DNA of 64,000 nucleotides from a virus: IMG/VR virus record IMGVR_UViG_3300014720_000003, positions 32,001 to 96,000 of that record; one strand, 5' to 3'. Shown piece by piece: positions 16,852 to 27,300 of this stretch (position 1 is its first letter; each line of letters starts with the position of its first letter). The notes under the pieces were generated by a model. It saw only the letters and a program-made list of their open reading frames with translations, ran no database searches and was not told where the DNA came from. The position numbers and the translations under genes were made by a program.

Positions 16852-17807
16852 GTTATCCTTGTGAATTTAATAGTCAATTTAAAAGTATTTCTAATATCAC
16901 AGAAGATTTACTACTAAATATTATAGAAACTAACTTTAAAAGTTTCTTAGATTGGTCTTTTTTACGAATTGGTGCATGGATGGATGTCTCACAGGGAAAT
17001 GGTAGTTTATATGGTGGTTGGCCCCCATATCAATTAATGAGCGTTGAGGACCCTTCTTATACGGATGGTCAGGTATGGCAAGCATTTAAAAAAGACTGGG
17101 TCTACGAGCATTGGGTAACTCATAACAGCCTGTCTCCCACTAGGATAACAGCAGTTTATATCAATGGTTCATGGATACCTTATTCTTTGGGTGATTTTAT
17201 TATTAATTATCCTCTTGGAAGAATCATCTTCAATTCACCCATTGCAACAACATCTGTAGTATATTTAGACTATAGTTATAGAACAGTACAAGTATATAGG
17301 GCTAATGATGCTCCGTGGTTCCAAATTCTACAATATATGAGTTATGATACTAATAATCCAGATTTACAACAAATTTCGGATGGAGAATGGGCTATTGGAG
17401 GTAATCATAGGGTACAAATGCCATGTATTATTATAGAATCATTATCTAGGTCTCGTTCTCGACCAAGAGAAATTGGTAGTCAAGGCTTAATATTAGAGCA
17501 AGATGTTTTATTTCATATAGTTTCTGATAATAAAAATGATAGAAATAAACTATTAGATATTTTACGCCTACAACAAGATTTGAATCATTGGCTTTATAAT
17601 ACTAATAAACTAGCTGAAGACGATAAATATCCACTAGATTATAATGGTGATTTAAAAGCTAATCCATTAACTTATCCACAAATTCTAGAACAATATAAAT
17701 GGAGAAAATGTTGGTGGAAAAATGTGGTTTTAATGGAGGTAGCATCTCCTCATCATAGATTACATCAAGGTTCGGTTAGAGCTACAATAGAAATTATTTA
17801 TGAATAA
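16848..17807 (+). CDS. tail terminator-like virion protein (putative)
   Basis: Directly upstream of the tail tube; MPCIIIE pattern. Confidence 0.45.
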   Translation: MSYPCEFNSQFKSISNITEDLLLNIIETNFKSFLDWSFLRIGAWMDVSQGNGSLYGGWPPYQLMSVEDPSYTDGQVWQAFKKDWVYEHWVTHNSLSPTRITAVYINGSWIPYSLGDFIINYPLGRIIFNSPIATTSVVYLDYSYRTVQVYRANDAPWFQILQYMSYDTNNPDLQQISDGEWAIGGNHRVQMPCIIIESLSRSRSRPREIGSQGLILEQDVLFHIVSDNKNDRNKLLDILRLQQDLNHWLYNTNKLAEDDKYPLDYNGDLKANPLTYPQILEQYKWRKCWWKNVVLMEVASPHHRLHQGSVRATIEIIYE

Positions 17808-17912
17808 TTTAGCCATTTTTATCAAAAAATACATATACTTTTTATTCTTTGTGTGTATCTTATAGTAAGGTCAAAACTACTGCAATTTTCCTAATAACGT
17901 GTGGAGATAATT

Positions 17913-19016
17913 ATGGCCAATAATCGTATTTACTATGCAATTCAACAAGTTGAACTAGGCCCAGCTGCTGGTTCCCCAACCCATATTCACGGTTTACAAA
18001 CTGTTGGTATAACAACCAACTTTAATCTCGAACAAGTTTTCGAGATGGGCCAATTAGCCATCTACCAAAACGTAGAAGAAGTACCAGATATTGAAGTTAC
18101 ACTCAATAAAGTACTAGATGGTTATCCTCTTATTTATACTCTAGCAACAGAAACAGGGTCGAGTGTTGCTGCGGGTTTGACGGCCGTTAACCCCACTATC
18201 CCTGGTCGTCAGAATGCTCGTACAGATATGAGACTATCTATATATCCTGATACTAGTGTTTGCGCTAGTGGTAATTCGATTAATGCAGTAGTATGCTCTG
18301 GTATGTATGTTAGTAGTGTTAGTTATACCTTCCCCGTTGATGGTAATTTCACAGAAGATGTGACTCTAGTAGGAAATAATAAGGTTTGGTCAACAACTGT
18401 AGTCACCGGAGATTTTAGTGGCAATAATGATGCTCCACTATCAACAACTGGTGTGGGTCGTAGACAATATCTTAATATGGAAGCTTGCAGATTTCCAAGC
18501 CAAATCCCAGGAATTAGTGCTGGTGGCGTGAATAGTCTAATTGGTAATGGTAGCGGTTATGGCGCGCATTTTCAAAATATCACTGTGAGTTGCGATTTTG
18601 GTCGTGAAGCTATTCAAGAACTAGGTACATTTGCTCCTTATCATCGTTTCGTTACATTCCCAGTAGAAGTAACAAGTGAGTTCGAAGTTGTTGCTATCAG
18701 TGGTGACTGGATCCAAGCTAGTGAAAGTGGTTACTATGCTGGTCTAACTGGAACTACAGTTGCCACAGCAAGTGACACTGGTTGCACAGCTCGTCATAAT
18801 CTACTAGATCAAACGATCTTCCTAGAAACTTGCGAAGGCACCAGAATCTATCTTGGCACCAAGAATAAACTTACTAGTGTTAACTATACTGGTGGTGATA
18901 CTGGTGGTGGTAATGTTAGTGTATCATATAGTTACTCTACATTCAATGATTTCGTAGTTGCTCATTCCGGAGGTAGTTTCTATATTCAATTAGCTAATAG
19001 TACCTATACTCCTTGA
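17913..19016 (+). CDS. major tail tube protein
   Basis: GGAG RBS; Thr/Ser/Gly- and beta-rich; biased codons; precedes chaperones and TMP. Confidence 0.7.
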   Translation: MANNRIYYAIQQVELGPAAGSPTHIHGLQTVGITTNFNLEQVFEMGQLAIYQNVEEVPDIEVTLNKVLDGYPLIYTLATETGSSVAAGLTAVNPTIPGRQNARTDMRLSIYPDTSVCASGNSINAVVCSGMYVSSVSYTFPVDGNFTEDVTLVGNNKVWSTTVVTGDFSGNNDAPLSTTGVGRRQYLNMEACRFPSQIPGISAGGVNSLIGNGSGYGAHFQNITVSCDFGREAIQELGTFAPYHRFVTFPVEVTSEFEVVAISGDWIQASESGYYAGLTGTTVATASDTGCTARHNLLDQTIFLETCEGTRIYLGTKNKLTSVNYTGGDTGGGNVSVSYSYSTFNDFVVAHSGGSFYIQLANSTYTP

Positions 19017-19055
19017 GCAGATTAGTATAAAGATACTGGATTAATTTTTCGGATT

Positions 19056-20105
19056 ATGGATCAAAGAACAACTGGAATATATTTGTCTCGTATTCTATCT
19101 GGTTTCTATATATTTGTATGTGGAAACCAGAAATATAAGTTAGTATATCCAGATATTAGCATTAAATATGAAGCTGAATTATATGCTGATCAAGCATACG
19201 AAGAAAATAAATTTAATGATTGGTTAAAAGATGAGGATATTATCTATTCTTTGATTGATATGGGGGTTTGGACACATAATGGTGATGAAAACTTAAAGAG
19301 TCTAGAAAATCAAATAGAAGATAAAAAGGTTGAATTATATAATAATTTTCTTAATCCTAATTCTTTAAAAAGTATACGTAAAACACTATCTAATATTAAA
19401 TTAGCATACAATAGACAATATGAGATTAGGCATTCGCTAGATCATATAACAGCACAAGGATATAGTCAGGTACTTAAACATCAGTATATCTTAATACATA
19501 GTTTATATAATCATAATAATGATTTAATTTTTGATAATATTAACAATGTAGACTATGGACTTCTTACCCGTCTCTCATCCGCTATATCAGAAAATTCTAT
19601 AGATATTCCCACATACAGATCATTAGCAAAAAGTGATGTGTGGAAAAATTATTGGTCAGCAAATAACGATAGATTATTTGATAAACCAACCATTAATTGG
19701 ACAGATGAGCAAAAAACACTAGTTGTTATGAGTAAAATGTATGATGGTGCTTATCAGCATCCAGAATGTCCCCCTGATAATGTAATTGAAGATGATGATA
19801 TGTTCGATGGATGGATGATCTATCAACGACGAGAAAACGATAAAATTAAGAATAAAAATCGTACAGAAAAACTACTTGAAGGTAAAAAATTAGGTAAAGC
19901 TGGAGAGATATTCGTTAAAGCTAATTCTCAAGAAGAAGCATATAATATTTATGGCTTGAACAATGCTAATTCTCGACATATTATTAAAGAAAGAGAAAAT
20001 GCTCTTAAAAGATCAGGAAGTGAAATTAGTGATGCGGATCTTCCGGACGTTCAAAGAAACTTGACAGTACAAAGAAATCAATTACTAGTTAATAGTAGGA
20101 AATAA
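19056..20105 (+). CDS. tail assembly chaperone-like protein (long paralogue)
   Basis: Between tube and TMP; shares motifs with 20394..21278. Confidence 0.5.
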   Translation: MDQRTTGIYLSRILSGFYIFVCGNQKYKLVYPDISIKYEAELYADQAYEENKFNDWLKDEDIIYSLIDMGVWTHNGDENLKSLENQIEDKKVELYNNFLNPNSLKSIRKTLSNIKLAYNRQYEIRHSLDHITAQGYSQVLKHQYILIHSLYNHNNDLIFDNINNVDYGLLTRLSSAISENSIDIPTYRSLAKSDVWKNYWSANNDRLFDKPTINWTDEQKTLVVMSKMYDGAYQHPECPPDNVIEDDDMFDGWMIYQRRENDKIKNKNRTEKLLEGKKLGKAGEIFVKANSQEEAYNIYGLNNANSRHIIKERENALKRSGSEISDADLPDVQRNLTVQRNQLLVNSRK

Positions 20106-20107
20106 TA

Positions 20108-20404
20108 ATGGATGAAAATGTAAAAAAAATACTCACTAAAAGATTCCAGACCACCATGATCGGCGCATTATTTGAATTTGAAAAAACTTTTGGATACTTG
20201 TGGGGACAATTTAAAACGGAAGATGAAGATCTTACAGAACAAGAAGCTTATTTTCAAGACAAATGGGATCAGGTTAGAAATCAAATCCTAAATAACGGAA
20301 ACGGACAACTGCGTAAAGCACTAGCTGATTTGGAAAAAACAAAAACATCATACAAATATACATATTATTTTAATAATAGGAAAGGCTCAACAGATGAAAA
20401 CTAG
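20108..20404 (+). CDS. hypothetical protein (98 aa)
   Basis: AGGA RBS; coupled ORF. Confidence 0.7.
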   Translation: MDENVKKILTKRFQTTMIGALFEFEKTFGYLWGQFKTEDEDLTEQEAYFQDKWDQVRNQILNNGNGQLRKALADLEKTKTSYKYTYYFNNRKGSTDEN

Positions 20405-21278
20405 AAATTTTAATGTTACCATAGATGGCAAGGATACCTCTTTCTTAATCAGATCTCCATCACTACAAGATCAAAGAGAGGCTACAAAAGTATACAACTT
20501 AAGTTTTAGTGAAGCATTAAAGGCTAAAGCTGTTGTTAGAGCTAAACTAGATGATCTATTAGTTGATCAAGGATTGTGGGATGCTATTAAACAGGCTAAA
20601 TTTACAGAATTACAATCTCAAATTCTAGAGGGTGAAAGAAAATTGGCTAAAGGTGGTATATCACTATCAGAAGCTAAAACTGTGGCTTTAGCCATGAAAA
20701 AACATAGAGAAGAGCTTAGGGATCTGATCGCTGTAAAAACTAATTTAGATACTCATACAGCAGAAGGTCAAGCTGATAATGCCAGATTTAATTATTTAGT
20801 TTCAGCTTGTACGGTGTATAAAGAGAATAATAAACCTTATTTTAATAACTACGAAGATTATACAAATAAGGCATCTGACCCTGTTGCTATAGCAGCAGCT
20901 CAGAATTTGGCTGGTATGTTATATGGCTTAGATAATGATTATGAAGAAAAACTACCAGAAAATAAATTTTTACGCCAGTACAAGTTTGTGGACGATAAAC
21001 TAAGACTGATTAATAAAGAAGGTAAATTAGTTGATACTGATGGTAGATTGGTTGATGAAAATGGTAGATTTATTAATGAAAAGGGTGAGTTTGTTGATAA
21101 AGATGGAAATTTAGTAAATGCAGATGGAGATTATATTGTTGAATTTAAGCCGTTTTTGGACGATGATGGAAAACCCATTATTGTGGAAACATCTTCTGAG
21201 GAAAAAAATGATAACCAATCAACAAAAGATAATCCATCCGAATCAGCTTCGTCATCTTCGGTTGTTAGTCCAGAATAA
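20394..21278 (+). CDS. tail assembly chaperone-like protein with 7-aa (L/F)(V/I)(D/N)xxG repeats
   Basis: Directly upstream of TMP; LINKEG-K-LVDTDG-R-LVDENG-R-FINEKG-E-FVDKDG-N-LVNADG. Confidence 0.55.
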   Translation: MKTRNFNVTIDGKDTSFLIRSPSLQDQREATKVYNLSFSEALKAKAVVRAKLDDLLVDQGLWDAIKQAKFTELQSQILEGERKLAKGGISLSEAKTVALAMKKHREELRDLIAVKTNLDTHTAEGQADNARFNYLVSACTVYKENNKPYFNNYEDYTNKASDPVAIAAAQNLAGMLYGLDNDYEEKLPENKFLRQYKFVDDKLRLINKEGKLVDTDGRLVDENGRFINEKGEFVDKDGNLVNADGDYIVEFKPFLDDDGKPIIVETSSEEKNDNQSTKDNPSESASSSSVVSPE

Positions 21279-21313
21279 TATCGTATCATTACTCCGTTTA
21301 GAAGGAGTGTGAT

Positions 21314-24300
21314 ATGGCTCAAGCTTTTAATCTAACAGCTCAGATCAATTTACAGGGGCCGTCAGCGGCTGCTATTAAGCCAATTGTGGCTGATATTAAA
21401 AGGCAGCTTGGTTCGGCTACTGTAGATGTTAAGATCAAAATACCACCCAAAGCAGCAGCATCCATAGATGTTGTTACTAAAAAATTGCAAGCAATGAATG
21501 GGGTGCTTTCAGAAGCACAACTTAATGCTAACAATCTTAGCTCAGCACTATCTTCATTATCTAGTAGTTTTCAAAATCTTAATTCTAATGCTAGTAAAAC
21601 TCAAAGTTCAGTAGCAAATACTGCTAGCAGTGTAAAAGCAACCTCTAACACTATTAAAGTTGCTAGCTCTAGAATGGAAGAGTTTGGTAAACAATCATCT
21701 TTAGCAGTAAAACGATTTGCTGCATTTAGTCTAGCTGCTGGACCAATATATGCACTTATTAATGCTGTTAATAGTGCGTTTAAAGCATTTATTAGTTTCG
21801 ATAAACAACTAGTAAAGCTTCAACAAGTTACTGGTCAGGGCGCTATCGGTATTAAAGATCTTGAAAAAACAATTACTAATTTATCTATCAATCTTGGTAT
21901 TAGTAGTGAGGGCTTGATCGAGGTCGCTAGTACTCTAGCTCAGGCAGGATTAACAGCTGATGACACAAGAATAGCCCTAGCTGCTCTTGCTAAAACAGAT
22001 TTGGCTCCTTCATTCGACGATATTACCGAAACCACAGAAGGCGCTATTGCTGCTATGAGACAGTTTGGTTTAGAGGCTAGTGATCTTGAGGCAGTATTGG
22101 GTAGTATTAATGCTGTTGCGGCTGCTTTTGCTGTGGAATCTAGAGATATTATTACTGCTATTCAGCGTACTGGTGGTGTTTTTGCTAGTGCTAGTAAAGG
22201 AGTTTCAGAAGGGGCGGATGCTCTTAATGAATTTATTGCTGTGTTTACCAGTGTTCGTGCTACTACTCGTGAAAGCGCTGAAACTATTGCTACTGGTTTG
22301 CGTACTATTTTTACTCGTATTCAACGAGGTAGTACTATTAAGCAACTCAAACAATTTGGTATAGAATTAACTGATTTAGAAGGTAAATTCGTTGGACCAT
22401 ACGAAGCTATTAAAAGATTAAGTGAAGGACTTAAAAGCTTAGATCCTAGAGATTTGAGATTTAGTCAAATAGTAGAAGAGCTTGGTGGTTTTCGACAGAT
22501 TGGTAAAGTTATTCCATTAATTCAGCAATTTGGAGAAGCTCAAAAAGCTTTGGGTGTTGCTCAAAGAGGTCAGGGTAGTTTAACAGAGGCTCAGATCAAA
22601 GCTCAACAAAGTTTAGCAAATCAATTAGCTAGAGTTAGAGAGCAATTTTTAGCTTTGATTAGAGATATTGGTCAAAGTAGCGTATTTCAAGGACTATTTA
22701 AAATAGTAACTTCATTGACTAGTGGTTTCATTAGTTTAGCTGGTGCATTCAAACCCATTCTACCAATTTTGGGTTTGATGGGCGTTGTTAAGGGTGCTAG
22801 TGCTTTGACCCAGTTTGCTAGTGGATTTTTTGGTGGTGTTAGTAAGGGTGGTGGCGCAAAACAAGTTGGTCAAAGCTATGGTGAAAGTATTAGCGGTGCT
22901 AAAGAAAAAGAAAGAACAGAAGCAACATCTAAAGCCGCTGATGCAATAAGATCAAATACAGATGCTATTAAAAGCTTAACTAGTGCTATAGAGAGTTTGG
23001 AATTCTCTATACTAGACATTTATACTGCTCCACCAACCACTAAAAATAGTGGAGGTAAAATATTGGCATTTGCTCGTGGTGGTGTGGTTCCTGGCCAGGG
23101 TAATAGAGATACCGTACCCGCTATGCTTCAACCAGGAGAATTTGTTATACGCAAAAAAGCAGTAGAAACTATTGGTGCCAATAGACTACATAAAATGAAT
23201 AAATACGCTAAAGGAGGACCAGTTAAATTAAAAGAATTAGCAAGAGAAGATAGTTCTATAGAATCAGGATATAATAATAAGATACAATCAAATGATCAAG
23301 TCAGTGCTTCTATCAATAGAAAACAATTTGATTTTGATGCTAATCAAACCTCACCCATTAACTGGAAAACTCTAGCTAAAAGAATTGAAGAAAGATATCA
23401 AGGTGGTGAAAGTTATTTTAAAGCTCAAGGACACGCATTTGAAGAAAGTATAGTTAATCTATTAGGTAGAGAAGCTAAAAGAACAGCTGATATAGCAAAT
23501 TATGGCGCTGACTATCCTATAGATATTATTAGTGGTAATAAAGTTGCAGAAGTAAAATTTACAAAAAAAATTCATGATGATAATACCTATTTAAGTAAAT
23601 TAGTTAGACATCATATTCAACAACAATCTTTAAGTAAATATCCATTTACATCAAAATTTGATCCGGATGTTGGTATTGGTTCTATAGATGTTTTTGAAAT
23701 GGCATCCAATGCTAAGGATCAATTTCAAAAATGGTATAATACAACATGGTCACAAAAGAAAAACATTGGTGGCTTAATTCAAAAATTTGCAGAGGGTTCT
23801 CCTGGTGGAATTAGGTTACCTAGTGGTAAAGGTCGTGGTAGAAAAGGTAAGCTAGGACGTAGAGATAGATTTATTTCTCCAACTGAAGGAGGGCTTCCAG
23901 GAATAGAAAAATATCTAGATTGGGCAAAACAAATATATGCTGAATATGATGCTGATCCATCTTTAGTTAAAGCATCATATATGGGTGTTAGCATGCCACC
24001 AGAAATAGCTTTAGCAGATTATTTATTAGCACAATATGCTTTAGAAACAGGTGGAGCAGGACTGAGGGTTGGCAAAGAGTTTGTTAGGGTTCCAGCAGAT
24101 AAAATTACCGACGAACTTAAAAAAGATTTGATTCCAGATCCAACAGATCCTACTCAAATGGGTTTTTATAAAGATAAAATTGCTAGATTTCTACTCAAAG
24201 AGAAAAAAACTAAGTCATCACAACAATCTACTACCAGAGGATTAAAAAAAACAGAAGGAGCACTAACATTTAGTGCTGCTGGATTACAAAGAGGTCCTAG

Positions 24301-27300
24301 GGCGCCAGCTGGACAAGCTGCCCTAAAATTAGCTGAATATGAGCAAGACCCAGAATATCGTAAAGAAATGGGCTTAGATGCTGCGAAAATACCATTTTTA
24401 CAGCAATTTGAAAAAGCAGCAAAAACTGAACAATTCCTAAGCCCTAAAGCACTTCTTGAGAAATTTCCACAAGCAAAATCTCAATTAGAACAACTACAAT
24501 CATCAATACAAACAGAACTATCCAGAACAACAGACGCAAAAATACAAAAAAGTTTAACTGATCAACTAAGAAAAGTTACAACGGCATTAAGTGATTTTGA
24601 TAATTATATTGGTGGAGCATTACCTAAAAATGCTGGTAGAGCTTCTCATTTTGCCTGGGCAATGAGACAAGCCGTCCCAGGCTCTGCTGAATTTGCCAAT
24701 GGAGGATTAGTACAAAAATTTGTGGACGGAGGAGAACCCGAGCCTATTAGCACACCGCGATCTATAACAGAAATTATTAAGCTTGTTCAAGAGTTGGGTA
24801 CATCTTCAAGAATCAAGTCTCTCATAGGTACTGGAAAAATAATTCAAGAAGCTAGTGCTGTGGGAGTCAGAGGTGTCCTACCCAAACGTATTCTAGATTT
24901 AGATTTTCTCAAATCTGATAAAGTAACACCATTTATACCAACAATTGATAAACTATTAGATCTAGCATTAATAGAAGATGCAAAAGTTAAGAGAGAGGAC
25001 GATTTCAGACTCTCTCCGGAAGAAATAGCATCAGCCAGACCAGTTGGTATAGTTGGATTTAGGTCAAATCTTAAAGATCTGATGCCGTATTATAGAAAAC
25101 GTAAAGGTAAAAATCCGATTAGGGTTTATACAGGAATTTTACAACCAACCGATTATGCTGATGTTGAGCAACTGTGGAGAGAATATTATGAATCACAAAT
25201 GAAAGCAGCAGGAAATATAGCTTCTAGAAGAGGACAATCAGCAATGTCTATTTCTGAAGTAGACCGTAAAACCTTTGGCATTGCTAATGCTCAAGGATAT
25301 GATGTTGAAATGATATTAGCAGCGCTTGGATCCACCGGAGGTAAACGATCATCACAAGATGCTATAGACTTTGCTTCTGGATTAAGCCCATTAGCTGCTG
25401 ATGTTTTTGGAATTCCTGCTGGAATACCCACTCAAGCTAAACTCACTGTTACTAGTGATAGTATAACAGATGCTATTGATGGTATTGTTAAAACTTTCTT
25501 TTTTGGTGGTAAAGTTAATCCTCTAGCTAAAAAATATGGATTAAGTCAAAAAGAATTCGAGCAAGTACAAAAGTTAGCTAGCGCAATGGGATTAGATCAA
25601 GCTGGACTAGAGCAACAAGTTCAAAGAGCCGCTGCTCGTAAACAAAAAGGTAAGGATATTAAATTTGGATTATTAGATACCCAAGCAGAATTAATGGCAT
25701 CAGATACCATACGAACACAAGAGGAGGCTGCTCTACAAGAATTCATGAAAGCTCAAGGATTTGCTGTGGGAGGAGCGGTAAAACTCTATCATGGTACAAC
25801 TACAGGAACAAATGATTCTATTCTTAAAAGTTTTCAAGAGCAGGGCGGCATGTCAGGTATTGCACAAGGCTATGGTCAAGGTGCTGGCCTATTTTTGTAC
25901 ACAGATAGAGACAGAGCAGTTAAACAAGCACAAATGAGAGTATCTGGAGGTGGATTCGGTACTGTTACTAGCGGAGACACCTCTGGTCGTCCAATGGTAG
26001 TTACTTTTTCAGAAATATTAGATCCAAAAAACTTTGATCTAGACTATGAATTAGAAAAGGGTTTAATTATAAAATGGTTAACTAGTAATTATGATCAGAT
26101 TAAGGATAAACTTAATCCCACCAAAGATTTAGGTGGTATAGTCGATATTATAACTGAAAATAGATCTCAAGGTATAATGTCATCTGGTATAGTTACTAAA
26201 ACCGCATCACAAGGACTCAAAGAAATATATGCCGGTTCCCCATCTAATATTACAGAAGGAGCTATTATTAGTCAGATAATCAGTAGGCTTCGAACCGCAG
26301 ACCCAGAATTAGTAGATGCTTTTGAAAGCAAATTATTTGAAAAGCCAATGGGTCTGGTATTAAAATATATTGGTGAGTCAGCTTTACGACCAATAAGTTT
26401 AGAGCCGTTTGCCAAAGGGGGCTCGGCAAAAGATACCGTACCAGCACTCCTAACCCCAGGTGAGTTTGTTATTAACAAACAAGCTGCTCAAAAAATTGGA
26501 TACTCTAAATTAAATAAGATGAATAAGGCGGATAAAATACAAGGATTTAATAAGGGTGGTGCTGTTGGTAATATTCGTAGATTTTTTGAAGGTGGAAAAG
26601 CAGAAAAAGATGTGGAAAGAGCGCAGGGAGAAGTAATAAAAGATGTTAGTCACGCTCTGGAAACTGTGTCTGAAATCATCTCATCACTACCAGCACATAT
26701 ACAGCAAGCTTTGAAGAATACTCAAATAGAAAGTTTAAGACCAGGACAAAGATTATCTTTACAAGGAGGAAGTGGTCCAGAATTTAGAGAAGGCCAGAGA
26801 GGAGTAGCTGTCACCTCAGAGGCTGGTAGTACTGCTATAGGACTAAAAATAGGGAAGGGAATATTGTCTTCTATCAAGGGTCTTTTTGGTATTAAAACAA
26901 AGGATGCTGCTACTACGGAAACTGTGGCTCATGAAACTGGACATTTAGCTGATGCCGCCGTTTCTAGTCAAGCCGGAATGAATACTTTTGCTAGTGAAAC
27001 CAAAGGTACATTTCAATTTGATGTTGTAGAAAAAGTTAAACCAGTAATGGAAAAAGCTTTTTTAAATGCTGGTTATAGCGCAGAATGGATAGCTAAATAT
27101 TTAGCTAGTAATAAAGAATTGTTTGCAGAGTTTTTTGCTAAAGCTAGTCCAGCAGTAAGAAATATTTTAACGTCCACTATTGATAGTGAACAAGGCATGA
27201 AAATGCTAGCAGAAGAGTTAGCAAGAACAGGATCAACATATGCTGGATTACAAGCATCAGATATTGTTCCACAAGTGGGTCCTGGAACACCAATACCACA

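Noticed and set aside
21198-21312. A7 run as a tail-chaperone programmed frameshift
   Set aside because: The -1 frame hits TGA immediately (21209). The +1/-2 frame adds only ~34 aa with no supporting features.
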